From assembly GCF_001194135.2 (NCBI RefSeq), contig NC_068988.1:53182704-53246703 (forward strand): DNA of 64,000 nucleotides, given 5' to 3'. This stretch comes from Octopus bimaculoides. Its lineage: Eukaryota. Every line of letters begins with the position of its first letter. Within the stretch, counting starts at the first letter, position 1. Under the pieces are notes generated by a model. The model saw nothing but the letters and a program-made list of their open reading frames with translations, did no database searches and was not told the DNA's origin. This document shows, one piece after another, positions 1 to 13,964 of the stretch. A program made the translations under genes and the position numbers.

Positions 1-587
1 AGTAGAGAAATTGACTTACCTTTGGCTTCTCTCAGATGTGTTTGTCGTAATAATTAGGTCAATTCTAGGAAAGCTAATATTTGGGAACATAGGAGTATTA
101 GTATTTTCACCAAGCTGTTGCACTCACAGTGCTTATTTATGCCTGCAAGACATTGACTGTCTACAGTGAACATGCCAGATGGCTAAATCACTTTCACACC
201 GCATGTAATCTCAAGATTGTTCCGCATTAAATGACAGCACAAGGTTCCAGACACAGAAGCACTCCAGTAAGTGAAACTTCTATCAATACTACACACCCTG
301 CTGCAAAAGAACCAAGGTCACTGGACTGGCCATGTTATCTGTAAGCTTGCTACGCAGAAGAGCAGTTGTTGACCTGAAAAAAAATCTTACGAGGATAGCA
401 GGAAAAATAACATTGGAAAATATGAGCATTGATTGATATCGAAATTTAGGGACAGCTATCTCAGAACAGGCTCTTATGGTACCCTCTCATTAGCTAGGGT
501 TCACAAAAAAACATGTGTTTGTGTAGCAGAAGCTGGCACTTCAAATGAAGCCACACTTACATATGTATATGCAATATAGATTTACAA

Positions 588-982
588 TGTTGTTGTTGTT
601 GTTGTTAGCACTCCGTCGCTTACGGTGTCGAGTGTTCCAGTTGATCCGATCAATGGAACAGCCTGCTCGTGACATTAACGTGCAAGTGGCTGAGCACTCC
701 ACAGACACGTGTACCCTTAACGTAGTTCTCGGGGATATTCAGCGTGACACAGTGTGACAAGGCTGACCCTTTGAATTACAGGCACAACAGAAACAGGAAG
801 TAAGAGTGAGAGAAAGTTGTGGTGAAAGAGTACAGCAGGGTTTGCCACCACCCCCAGCCAGAGCCTTGTGGAACTTTAGGTTTTTTTCGCTCAATAAACA
901 CTCACAACCCGGTCTGGGAATCGAAACCACGATCCTATGACCGCGAGTCCGCTGCCCTAACCACTGGGCCATTGCGCCTCCA
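588..982 (-). mobile_element. tRNA-headed SINE, family B, full length
   Basis: Minus-strand head ggaggcgcaatggcccagtggttagggcagcggactcgcggtcataggatcgtggtttcgattccc has A/B-box-like motifs and the element ends in (aac)n; homologous copies recur in the window. Confidence 0.85.
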
Positions 983-1984
983 CATAGATTTAGAATATTC
1001 TTAATTGAAAGAACATACTGGTAGAGGATACTTGAGGTGCACGTCTGAATGGGTAAGTAGAAGACAAAATGACAAGAAGTTAGGGCATGTGTTTTTCTCC
1101 AAGCGCTGATCAATTGACTAATTATAATCACAATTTTGAATAGTTCAGGATCTGATTGAAGGATTCCTCTCATCTGTTACTAATGCTAGCCCTATTTCTG
1201 AGATAACTTGCAAAACAATAATTGCAGGTACAATTCTTGATAGGGACTTCAAAAAGAGCACATTTTAAATTTACTACCTCTGTTAGCTTTACTGCTTCAG
1301 AGAATTGAGATTTAACTTCAGGCTTAGTATTATTACCTGAGAGACTGGTAGATGATTCTCCTTGTGGATAGGGCACTAATTTACCATAGGTGCTCCCCCA
1401 TAAGATCTGGTGCTAACAACATCCCACTTCTAAGTAAAATACAGAATTAATTAAATGCCATGCTTTAAACACTTCTAATTAATATAATAATGATAAAGCG
1501 ACTGTTTCTAATCTGTCATTTTACTTCTACAAATTACTAATATTTGTATTTGTAGAAATCTGAAGATTATTAAATTGGTTGAATTCCAAGGATTACATAA
1601 CCAATAATGTTACCCAAATATCAATTCCTCTACTCTGGCACTGGCTAATGAACACCCCATTCAGGTGTTTCTCTACATTTTGGCAACTTATATTATGAAA
1701 TTTGCCTGTGGTGGATCATATTAACATAGTGATATAATTGACTTGTGTTTGATCTAGTAGTTTTAGTGGATTCACTGTTTGTTAGTCACCCAGCTAACTA
1801 ATAGCCTGGCAACATGCTACTTAACCCTGTTGGCAATCTAACGTTTTTCAGCATTTAATACCGTTAACATAGCCTCACTTAGTAGCAAATGATCCTATAT
1901 GATGGCCACCCCTCATGATTAGTCATTTAACTATTATAACAGTTTCTCTTCCAAGGTGGAAAATATGCAGTTTCTTAGGATTCA

Positions 1985-2334
1985 TATTTCTTTCTTTCTT
2001 TCTTTCTTTTTTTCTTTCTTTCTTTATTTCTTTCTTTTTTTTCTTTCTTTCTTTCTTTCTTTCTTTTTTATTATTTTATTCTTTTTTACATTGTTTTTTT
2101 TTCCTTTTTTTTTTTACTCTTTTACTTTCTGTCTGATACTTTTGTTGTTTTGCCTCAGGATAGACCTATGATCAGATGCATTCTAGTCGTTGCATCCATC
2201 CGACCTTTCTTGCAGTGTCTACAACTACATTATCAAACGTATACTTCCTTTATTTATGTTTCTTCTTTCTTTCCTTCTTGCTTTGTTTTTCTCTTCTTTC
2301 TTTCTATATTTCTTTTCTTTTCTCTTGCTTTTGA

Positions 2335-2372
<38 letters not shown>

Positions 2373-2430
2373 ACTTTCTCTCTCATATTATCTCTCTGCC
2401 TTTCAAGCTCTACCTCCTTCTCTCTCCCCT
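1985..2430. repeat. Pyrimidine-rich (TTTC)n/(TC)n tract
   Basis: Visible directly. Confidence 0.95.
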
Positions 2431-2781
2431 GCCCTTCTTTTGCTCTCCAGACTGAGAAGCCAACAAAAGAGCCTCTACATGGTCGCTCCAATTGCTAGAA
2501 ATAACAACCAAATCACCCTTATATTACATCTTACTATCTCAAAAAAAAAAAAAAGAAAAAACATTGGATAATGTAGTCATAGGTTGTTTGCACATAGAAA
2601 ATAGATGTAATGGTCATGGCTGGATTGCAGGCTTGATTAAGGTTGATCTAGGGTTAAACAACAATCATTGCTCTCAGAATTAAAGTCTTCAGGTTATGAT
2701 AATTCTGATGATTATTATGCAAAATAGAGTCTTCCTTATTTCTCTGAAAAAAAAAAAGGTTTAAAAAAAAAAAAAAAGAAC

Positions 2782-3200
2782 TTTTTCACATAGGCACAGG
2801 TGTTACTGTATTGTAAGAAGCTTCCTTCCTAACCATATGGTTCCAGGTTCAGTCCTACTGCATGGCATCTTGGACAAGCGTCTTCTACTATAGCCCCAGG
2901 CTAAACAAAACCTTGTGAGTGGATTTGGTAGATGGAAACTGAAAGAAGACCAGTGTTTATGTGTGTGTGTGTGCCTTTGTGTCTATGTTTGTTCCCCACC
3001 ACTGCTTGACAACCGGTGTTGGTGTGTTTACACCCCCATAATTTAGAGGTTTGGCAAAAGAGACTGATAGAATAAGTACTAGGTTTAAAAATAAGAAAAT
3101 AAATACTAGGGTCAGTTTATTAGATTAAAGATTCTTCAAGACAGTGACCGCCCCAGCATGGCCACAGTCTAATGACTGAAACAAGTAAAAGATAAAAGAT
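2782..3200 (+). mobile_element. tRNA-headed SINE, family A
   Basis: Head ...tgtaagaagcttccttcctaaccatatggttccaggttcagtcc, internal (tg)n, 3' end gtctaatgactgaaacaagtaaaag, shared with many other copies. Confidence 0.85.
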
Positions 3201-4477
3201 GGCAGTTTATCTCATGTATAATGTGATAATTAATCGATGGTATAATGCATGTATTATCTATAATCTAGTAAGAAATACGATTATCTTGAAGTAAGAAATA
3301 TCATTTTCATCTCTTTTGCAATCAAAGATTCCTCCAATAAAATTAAACAATATATGAGAGTTTATGTGGATGCTCAATCTGCTAGAAATAGCAGCAGAGC
3401 TCCCTTGATTCACACTACACACTTAACAAAAAACAACACACTGTAGTCTTTGATACACTACATGTGAAATTCTCTGAGCACAGGTCTGCTTGACTGAGAT
3501 CTACCTGGGAGTAAACAGCAACAAGAACCACAACAACCAGTGACAATGCATTTAGTGACACCTTCAATAATAATTCCACTAAGGATGATAGCTACAACAA
3601 CATAAAGGTTTCCAATTTTGACACAAAGCCAAGAATTTTAAGTAAGTCAGTTACCTCACCGCCAGTGCTCAACTGGTATTTATTTTATCAGCCTTGAAGA
3701 GATGAAAGGCAGGGTCAACCTTGGCAATATTTGAACATAGAACATAAAGAGCTGGGGAAAAATGCTGCTAAGCATTTTGTCTGGTGTTCTAATGCTTCTG
3801 CCAGCTTGCTGCCTAAAATTTAATACTGTAAAGGCATTGAGTCTGGTGCTTTACCATTCTTGCCATTCTACTGCCTAACAACAACAACAACAACCACTTA
3901 ATAACCAACATAAATATGATGAACAACATTATCACCAACAGCAACAAGCCCTGGTCTGCAAGCTGATGTGGAAGCCTGGAATCCCCAAAAGACAGAGAGA
4001 AACAAACAAATAAACAAACAAAAAAAGGGGCCAGTATTTTCGAGATTGGAATGCCTTTGATATATGGGCCTGCCCCGCTCGCTCCAGCTCGTGACTGAGC
4101 TGAGGTTAAACAGCATCACAGCTTCATTCAATCAAAACTGAAACAGGGCCAAATGGCAACAACAAAAACAATAACAATATGACATTAAAAGTCATTTTAA
4201 TTTAATTAGTTTCTTTGTTTTGTTAATGCAGTTTGTTTTTGTTTTTATTTCATTTTAAAGGAAATTTCACTGAAGCCTTACATCTTTTCAGATGATCTCC
4301 ATAGATCTGGATGAACGAATGAAAAATTCTAACTATATTTATGTGTTTTTGTTCACACTCCTAATTCTGGGACAAATGTTTATCAGAAAACACTGTCTGG
4401 GAATAATGTGGCATCTTCTATAGGAAAATAGTTTCAGCTTTGTATTTATGGAAATATCTTATCATCCCATAAAATTA

Positions 4478-4735
<258 letters not shown>

Positions 4736-5783
4736 TTCTTTTTGCAGAAAATATAATCTTTTGATGACAACATTTAAATTCAAGAAGGAAATATTTTCAC
4801 ATAAATTTATTTCAAAACAAAATGCAACATGCTTTTCAGAAGCAACATGCATGCAACATGCCTCATAACCAGCCACACCCTCTTCTCCTTTCTCTCTCTC
4901 TCTCTCTCTGTCTCTCTCCATCTCCCCGCCCGCCCAGCCACCCCTAGTTTTAAGTCATGTCCACTTCAGCATTTCATTGTTCTATTGATGTTACTGTCTA
5001 CTGCTACTACTCCTGGGAAATTTCCAGTGCTGTCCCACCAACCAACAGTCCTGACATGACTGCAGCAGTTGTATGTACACTGTTGACATATCCTCAAGCT
5101 ATACACTCTCTGGCAGACTTCTACATTCTTTCCCCAACATTTATCGGTCCAGTAAATCAGAATTGCTTCTCATACTTTAGAACAATAACTCAACTCTTTA
5201 GTTTGCTCAGGATCAATATTGTATCAGCTTCTTTTATTCGTCGGTGGGGGAGTTTTTTAAGGGTATGCTGTGGTTGTACAGGGGTTACACTGCATTATGT
5301 GTGTATTATTGTCTGCCCTAAGAACAACATGCATTCAATATACCGGCTGACATATGGCACTCCATGCACCAGTTCAGATCTGATAATATTTGGAAAAGGG
5401 AGCAGAATACAGACTTGCATGAGCCCAGTACATTTTAAACAGGCTAAACTGTTTGAGGCATTCAGCAGCATCTAACTCCTGCTATCTTACTGTGCGTTCA
5501 TTCATGTATTTGTCTTTCTTTTGGAGGGAGATCCCTCTCCTTCCCATTTCAACAACTACTACTACTACTACTACTATGGCTGCTACTAATTACATGCACT
5601 TACACTCGCACACATGCACTCGCGCACATACGCGTGTGTGTGTACACAAACAAGCATACAAAACAAACCCACGTGCATGTGGGTACATGCTTGAGTTCAG
5701 TCAATACACACACACACACACACATATACTTATAAATATACATATATACACTTATGCATATGTATGCATGTATGTGCATATGC

Positions 5784-5839
<56 letters not shown>

Positions 5840-6691
5840 NNNNNNNNNNNNNNNNNNNNNNNNNNNNNNNNNNNNNNNNNNNNNNNNNNNNNNNNNNNNN
5901 NNNNNNNNNNNNNNNNNNNNNNNNNNNNNNNNNNNNNNNNNNNNNNNTATATGTATGTATTATGCTGCATTTCAATTATTCTCTGTATGCTTTCAAATCA
6001 ATTAATATACAGGAGTTTGAAATATATCACGACTTCAAAAAAATAAATGTATTCAGTGACTGAGAGAAAGAATACATTGTACCTATTGTTTAAACATACT
6101 TTATTTCTAAAATACAGACAGTGGGAACTAGTCGTTGGAATGACAGAGCTTTTGACTTGGCTTGACTGAGCTGAGCACTTGTGAATTATGATCTACATAA
6201 AACATCTTTCTAAAACTGCTGCTGGGATAGTTTCTAATGTTAAAGGTTCACAGTGTTTCTTTGTCTGCTTTTTATGCTTTTTAATCTGTCCTCTCTTCGC
6301 CGTCTCCTCACAGGCATACTTCAATATATCGATTACTGATTTTCCTGGGCAATGGACCATTTGATTTGATATAGTTAACTCCCAGTCAGTCTAGCCTATT
6401 GTTTGCTGTTGGAGTGAATGCTGCTGGCTATAGAACTGGCTGTGAGAGAGAAAACATGTCTTGGGAAAGGGAACGGTGTGGGAGAAATACCAGTTAAATT
6501 ACCCTAGAATAAAAGGGTTTTTATGGAATACGAAATAATGCAAAACAGAAATAGAGATAAGATGTATGTGCATGTGTAATACACCCACACACACATTCAG
6601 ACATGTGTGTGTGCATGTGCTTATATATGTGTGTATATGTATACATACATGTGCATATATGTGTGTGTATGTACATAAGTATGTACATACA

Positions 6692-6723
<32 letters not shown>

Positions 6724-7148
6724 GTGCTAGCATGGCTATGTAGTTGAGAGGTTTGCTTCCCAACCATGTGGTTTTAAGTTCAGTGCCACTGTCTGGCACT
6801 TTGGGCAAGTGTCTTCCACTATAACCCCAGGCTAACCAAAGCCATGAGAGTGAATTTGGTTGTTAGAAACTGATAGAAGACTCTAGTGTTGTGTATATGT
6901 GTGTGTATTCATGTGTGTGTGTGAGTGTGTGTGTAACAGTCATCGCACTCGCTGTCCTATTCTCCTTTAAGTTCATGGGGACTGTTTCTGCTCTTTAATC
7001 TTGAAAATTGTCAGACAATCTCACAAAAAGTACCCAGTATGCACTATAAAGTGGTTGGCATTAGGAAGGGCATCCATTTGTAATACACACAACACACATA
7101 GCATGCTGCACACACATTCACATGCAAAATACCCAAGCACACTCTCCC

Positions 7149-7225
<77 letters not shown>

Positions 7226-7699
7226 GTCTTCCTCACACACACGTGCAGCATATACACAAACAAACACACAGCTTATAGACAAGCAGGTATGCACACATTT
7301 ACACGATGCAACATACAGAAAATTGTAAGACAATCTTACTAGTGATAGTGCCCCCCCCCCCAAAAAAAAACTCAGTATGCACTGTAAAGTAGTTGGCTTT
7401 AGGAAGGGTACCCAGCCATTAAAACCATGCTGGATCAGAAATATTGAAGTTTGACATGGTCCTCCAACCTGCCAGATCTTGTCAGACCATCCAACCCATA
7501 TCAGCACGGGAAGCAGACAAAGAAATGATAATGATGGTGATGATGATGATGATGCTGATGCTGATGACAGCCGCAGTGGCAGCGACAACAATATGCCCAT
7601 GTGAATTCTTGCTAATGTTTGGAGGGCTCTCTGGAAGTAGTTGAATACCTGTTACCTTAGGTGGCCTAATTAGCAATGATAGAGTGTGTTCTGAAAGCA

Positions 7700-8420
7700 C
7701 TATACTTCAGAGTAAGAACAGAGTGAAGAAAGCTTAGAACATCAAAGGGATTCTTTCTCTGGGGGAATAACAGATTTTATGATGCATGTGTACAAAATTT
7801 AGTGCTGCATGGTAACGAAACATGAGCATTGAATGTAGAGAATGTGTGAAAGTAGGAAAGAAAATGAGGTGAATATAGTAGTTAGTGTGCATGAACAATA
7901 GAACACATATGAGCTGATGGACAAACTGGTTTTAAGAAAATCAAATGTTGTGTGGAAGAGAGAAGATTATACATATATATGTGTGTGTGTGTTTGTCCCT
8001 CCCCTCATTATCACTTGACAACCGTTGTTGGTCTGTTCACGTACCCGTAACTTAGCGGTTTAGTAAAAGAGACTGATAGAAGTACTAGGTTTACAAAGAA
8101 TAAGTCCTGGGATCGATTTGTTTGACTAAAGGCGGTGCTCCAGCATGGCTACAGTCAAATGACTGAAACAAGTAAAAGAATATAGGAATATGCGATGTAT
8201 ATTGAGGGTGTTGGCAGAGTAAAGAAGTGCCTAGGGATCCAAGTGGGAGGATCCTGCAGATAACAAAGACTGGGGGACACACGGAAATAGGTGGTGAAAG
8301 GTAATCTCAGGTGACTAGTTGAAGGAGATGACGAGTGGTGAGATCTGGTGAAGACCTATCCACTTAAATACAAATATGTAAAGGGTAAGATGCATGATGA
8401 TGATGATGATGGTGATGATC
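7700..8420 (+). mobile_element. Decayed RTE-clade LINE 3' end, interrupted by a SINE-A 3' fragment (about 7976-8180)
   Basis: Broken translation RFYDACVQNLVLHGNET*ALNVEN...IKCCVEERRL resembles the RTE RT C-terminus; ends in (gat)n. Confidence 0.65.
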
Positions 8421-8615
8421 TTATATATGTTGTTGACATCATAAGAATTTGATCCAAAAGTAGATGCCTTGTCATGTCTACAGATGTGGGTTCAAGTCAC
8501 ACAGGCAGCTTTCAACTTTTTCTAACCAAAAGCTTTTTAATCCAATATTTACATGCTGTTATTTGTAGCTTTATTTGTTTCAAGATATTCACCATTCCTA
8601 AAGATGTGTGTGTAA

Positions 8616-8656
<41 letters not shown>

Positions 8657-8878
8657 NNNNNNNNNNNNNNNNNNNNNNNNNNNNNNNNNNNNNNNNNNNN
8701 NNNNNNNNNNNNNNNNNNNNNNNNNNNNNNNNNNNNNNNNNNNNNNNNNNNNNNNNNNNNNNNNNNNNNNNNNNNNNNNNNNNNNNNNNNNNNNNNNNNN
8801 NNNNNNNNNNNNNNNNNNNNNNNNNNNNNNNNNNNNNNNNNNNNNNNNNNNNNNNNNNNNNNNNNNNNNNNNNNNNNN

Positions 8879-8910
<32 letters not shown>

Positions 8911-8988
8911 CCACCCATGCTACCATGGAAGGCAGACATTAAACGATGATGATGATGATGATGATATGAATTTTTCCAATTTTTTCAG

Positions 8989-9110
8989 CTTTGGAAATTT
9001 GTAAACAGAGACTAATGTCTCTAGATCTAGCAACTATACCAAAACATTTCTTAGACAATGAAAGAGCTTTATATTTATCTTCCCTCATTCCATTTGACAA
9101 TGTGTGTATG
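8989..9110 (+). CDS. MSH5: MSH5 exon (first found in window), 122 nt
   Basis: tttttcag|CT...ATG|gtaaga; [40 protein letters not shown], cf. human LEISKQRLL...FLSSIIPFD. Confidence 0.9.
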
Positions 9111-12100
9111 GTAAGAAAGGAAAATTATTTCGTATCTGTTGATTCAGTTTGCTTTTTATTCACTTAACCTAATTTACCTTATTTTGGTTTATTGTTCACT
9201 TGAAAGTTTGTGTTGTTGTTGTTGCTGTTTATATTATGGCCGTATCATCACACTAGGTGCAGGTGTGATTGTGTCATTAGTTTGCTTTTCAACCATTTCT
9301 TTCTGTTGTTTTATTTTTTTATTTGTTTCAGTCATTTGTCTGCAACCATGTTGGAACAGCACCCTTTTTTTCAGTCGGAAAAATCAACCCAGGACTTAAT
9401 TCTTCGTAAGCCTAGTACTTATTCTATCAGTTTCTTTTGCCGAACCGCTAAGTTATGGGGACATTAAGACACCGACATCAGTTGTCAAGCGATAGNNNNN
9501 NNNNNNNNNNNNNNNNNNNNNNNNNNNNNNNNNNNNNNNNNNNNNNNNNNNNNNNNNNNNNNNNNNNNNNNNNNNNNNNNNNNNNNNNNNNNNNNNNNNN
9601 NNNNNNNNNCACACACACACACACACACATATATATACAACGGGTTTCTTTTCAGTTTCTGTCTACCAAATTCACTCACAAGGCTTTGGTCGGCCTGAGG
9701 CTATAGTAGAAGACACTTACCCAAGGTGCCATGCAGTAGGACTTAACCTGGAACCATGTGGTTGGGAAGCAAGCTTCTTACCACACAGCCACTCCTGTGC
9801 CCTGTTTCAATTTCAGTCTTATTGTGTGGTACCACTGGACAAGTGTCTTCTACTATAGCTCCTTGTCGACCAAACCCTTGAAAGTGAATTTAGTAGATGG
9901 AAACTAAAAGAAGTCTGTTGTGTTGTGTGTGTTACTGTCTCTTTTCCCTGACATTGCATGGTAGTTGGAAGCTAGTGTCACCATCATACAAGCAGTTTCC
10001 TTCATTTTCTATCTTCTGTATAAACATGTCTGGTTATGAGGGTTGGTAACGAGAACAACGTCCAGTCAAGGAAAATCCACTTCAATAAATTCCAACCAAC
10101 TCATCCAAGTATGGAAAAGTGGAGGTTAAAATGATAATGCTGAAAAATACCAGTTCTCGCCCAATTACTGAAGCTAAGCAACATTAAAACTGGCCAGTAC
10201 TTAGATGGGTGACTCAAGAAACTTGGATGGTGGAAACTTGTTCTTTATGACAAACGTTTGGCAGAGTTGGTAGTGAGTAACAGATAAATAAAAACAACTT
10301 GTATTAGTCAAGTGAATTCATTTACACTCTGATATCAGATGCTGTCCAGCTTCACTTCGCCTATCTTTTAATGGTCGATAAATGAAGCACATGGCAGCGA
10401 TTCCTCTAGTGGGAGTAAGATGGTGACGGCAACAACACAATTGACCAGACAGATTATTCAGTTGTGTCTCAAAAGATTACAGGACACTTGATAGTCTTGG
10501 ATAGACTGTGATCCTGACAATTTGCTGACTACTGTGAGCTTATAGACAAGTAGTGCCACTGTAACTTATTATGCCCCAAAATACTGTCTTGTAATATAAC
10601 CTGTAGAAGTGGATCTCTGCTGCAGGTAGAGTAACAGCTCTGGGTGGGAGATAAAAACATGCATGTGGAGGTGCAATGGCCCAGTAGTTAAGGCAGCGGA
10701 CTCGCGGTCATAGGATCACGGTTTCGATTCCCAGACCGGACGTTGTGAGTGTTTATTGAGCGAAAACACCTAAAAAGCTCCACGAGGTTCCGGCAGGGGA
10801 TGGTGGCGAACCCTGCTGTACTCTCTCACCACAACTTTCTCTTACTTCCTGTTTCTGTTGTGCCTGTAATTCAAAGGGCCAGCCTTGTCACACTGTGTCA
10901 CACTGAATATCCCTGAGAACTACGTTAAGGGTACACGTGTCTGTGGAGTGCTCAGCNNNNNNNNNNCACGAGGTTCCGGCAGGGGATGGTGGCGAACCCT
11001 GCTGTACTCTCTCACCACAACTTTCTCTTACTTCCTGTTTCTGTTGTGCCTGTAATTCAAAGGGCCAGCCTTGTCACACTGTGTCACACTGAATATCCCT
11101 GAGAACTACGTTAAGGGTACACGTGTCTGTGGAGTGCTCAGCCACTTGCATGTTAATTTCACGAGCAGGCTGTTCTCCGTTGATCGGATCAACTGAAACC
11201 CTCGACGTCGTAAGCGACGGAGTGCCAACAACAACTGGGGTCAATATTATTGACTATACACTAGTAGAATTGTACACTAATATGGTTAAAGTTTAATAAG
11301 GGAGCAAACTGGCAGGATCATTAACACACTGGGCAATATGCTGAGCTGCATCTTGTCTGTCTCAGCATTCTGAGTTCAAATTCCGTCAAGGTCGACTTTG
11401 CCTTTCAATCCTTTCAGGGTTGATTTTCCTTTCAATCTTTTCTGGATCAATGAAATAAGTACCAGTTGAAGATTGAGGTCAATGTAATCGACTTACCTCC
11501 TCCCCCAAACTTGCTGGCCTTGTGACAAAATTTGAAACCAATATGGTTATAGTTCAATAACTGAAACAAATGAAAGAATTTATTTATTTTTTGTTTTGTT
11601 TTGTTTGTTGTTTTTCATGCTAGTATTTGGTTAGACAACTATATTACCGAGGCATTGTTTTGTGGCCGGATACTCTTCCTGTCACTAACCTTCACTAAGC
11701 CTTACCTGTTTTTGGAAGCAAGATTTAACTTATTTCATATGTCTTTGAGAACATGAAACGACTGGGCAGTTTCTTAACAGAAGTGACAACAGCAACAACA
11801 TCACGAGTTGCTTGTGACTTTCTTATTGTATAAATGAAACGTGCACACACTCACACACACGTGTGTGTGCATGTTTACATTTGTAATCTAAGAATGTTGC
11901 TACATTCATTAACAATAACACACACACACACACACATAATTTCTCTCTACCAAATACACTCACAAGGCTTTGGTTGGCCCAGGGCTATAGTAGAAGACAC
12001 TTCTCAAAGGTGCATGCCACAGGAAAAAACCCAAAAAACATGTGGCAAGGAACCAAAGTTCTGAAGCACACAACCACACCTGCACCTGAAATCAATAACA

Positions 12101-12588
12101 GTGTGTGTGTGCAGCTGTCTGTCTGTATGTGTGTATGTATGTGTTTGTGCATACATAAGTGTGCATATGTGTGTGATATATTTAGTGAGATTTTTCCTCC
12201 TTTTTTGTAAGTTTTTTATTAACACGTAGGTGTTGTGTTCTCTCCATAAACAATTCTTGTTTACAGTTGAATGGCTGGAGTTCTCAGAAAAGTAGACAAT
12301 TGAAGAGTTGCTTGCTTCAAAATCACATAGAAATATTCAATGTTTCTAACTTTGAGCTGTCCCACCCATGCTTGCACAGAAAGCCACAGTGACCTAGAAG
12401 TACACACAGATATGCACGTACACACACAGACACACTCAATATGCACATACACACACTAAAGTACACATAAATATGCACACATACACAATATACACATGTT
12501 AGACATACACGTAGAATAGAAGCACTGGAAAGGACACAACATACATGCACACACTCATATTTACTAACCATCAATGCAATACACTTGT

Positions 12589-12631
<43 letters not shown>

Positions 12632-13027
12632 TATAAAGTAAGCATGAACAACAAATACAAGCACACACATGCACAACATGTGCAAAGTCACAATATATTA
12701 TACTTGTAAACATACAAATACTGTTAAACACAACACAAATACACAATACAATATATGCATAAATAACATGCACAACACATACACACACACACACACACAC
12801 AACATATGCAAAGCCACCATACATTACACATGTGCAAATGCACATTGGTAACACAGCACACACATCCACACTCACACATGTGCACACAAAATTTTTTAAT
12901 TTGTTGCAAGCAGGTTTTCTCCAGTTTTATATATATGATGCAATTTCCTTAAAATTCTGCTTAATGGAAGAAGAAATTAGTTTGTAAAATTTTTTGTCAT
13001 AATTAATTTTATTTTGTAACACACACA

Positions 13028-13078
<51 letters not shown>

Positions 13079-13921
13079 CGCACACAGCAGATATGCAGAA
13101 CATACACACACACATGCAAAACACACAACACATACAACACACACACACACACACACACACTATATATATATATATATCTATATAGGCGTAGGAGTGGCTG
13201 TGTGGTAAGTAGCTTGCTTACCAACCACATGGTTCCAGGTTCAGTCCCACTGCGTGGCACCTTGGGCAAGTGTCTTCTACTATGGCCTCGGGCTGACCAA
13301 AGCCTTGTGAGTGGATTTGGTAGACGGAAACTAAAACGAAGCCCATCGTATATATGTTTATATATATATGTATGTGTGTGTATATGTTTGTGTGTGACTG
13401 TGTTTGTCTCCCCCAACATCGCTTGACAACCGATGCTGGTGTGTTTACGTCCCTATAACTCAGCGGTTTGGCAAAAGAGATCCGATAGATTAAGTACTAG
13501 GCTTCCAAAGAATAAGTCCTGGGGTTGATGTGCTCGACTAAAGGTGGTGCTCCAACATGGCCACAGTCAAATGACTGAAACAAGTAAAAGAGATATGTGT
13601 GTGTGTGTGTGTGTGCATATATGTATATATATATATCTATATATATNNNNNNNNNNNNNNNNNNNNNNNNNNNNNNNNNNNNNNNNNNNNNNNNNNNNNN
13701 NNNNNNNNNNNNNNNNNNNNNNNNNNNNNNNNNNNNNNNNNNNNNNNNNNNNNNNNNNNNNNNNNNNNNNNNNNNNNNNNNNNNNNNNNNNNNNNNNNNN
13801 NNNNNNNNNNNNNNNNNNNNNNNNNNNNNNNNNNNNNNNNNNNNNNNNNNNNTATATATATATACATGTGTGTGTGTATACAAACAGGCAGAAATCTACT
13901 CATGGACATATATTTATACAA

Positions 13922-13964
<43 letters not shown>

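Noticed and set aside
4292-4423. Acceptor-like ttttcag followed by MISIDLDERMKN..., weakly like the MSH5 QDENM region
   Set aside because: In-frame stop before any usable donor; similarity too weak
4957-5475. 172-aa + strand ORF
   Set aside because: No recognisable motif, no fitting splice context and Cys/hydrophobic composition typical of chance ORFs in old repeat DNA
10134-10220. Functional 5S rRNA gene
   Set aside because: The first ~20 and last ~25 nt are missing or diverged, there are many substitutions and no tandem 5S array; kept only as a derived segment
10781-11142. Tandem duplications flanking N runs (also 21112-21830, 23150-23222, 48275-48335, 50636-50806)
   Set aside because: Identical sequence either side of a gap, mostly 10-N spacers, is the signature of unmerged overlapping contig ends, so an assembly artefact
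13185-13265. tRNA genes at SINE A/B/C heads
   Set aside because: A/B-box-like motifs are present but there is no complete cloverleaf and each continues into a repeated SINE body
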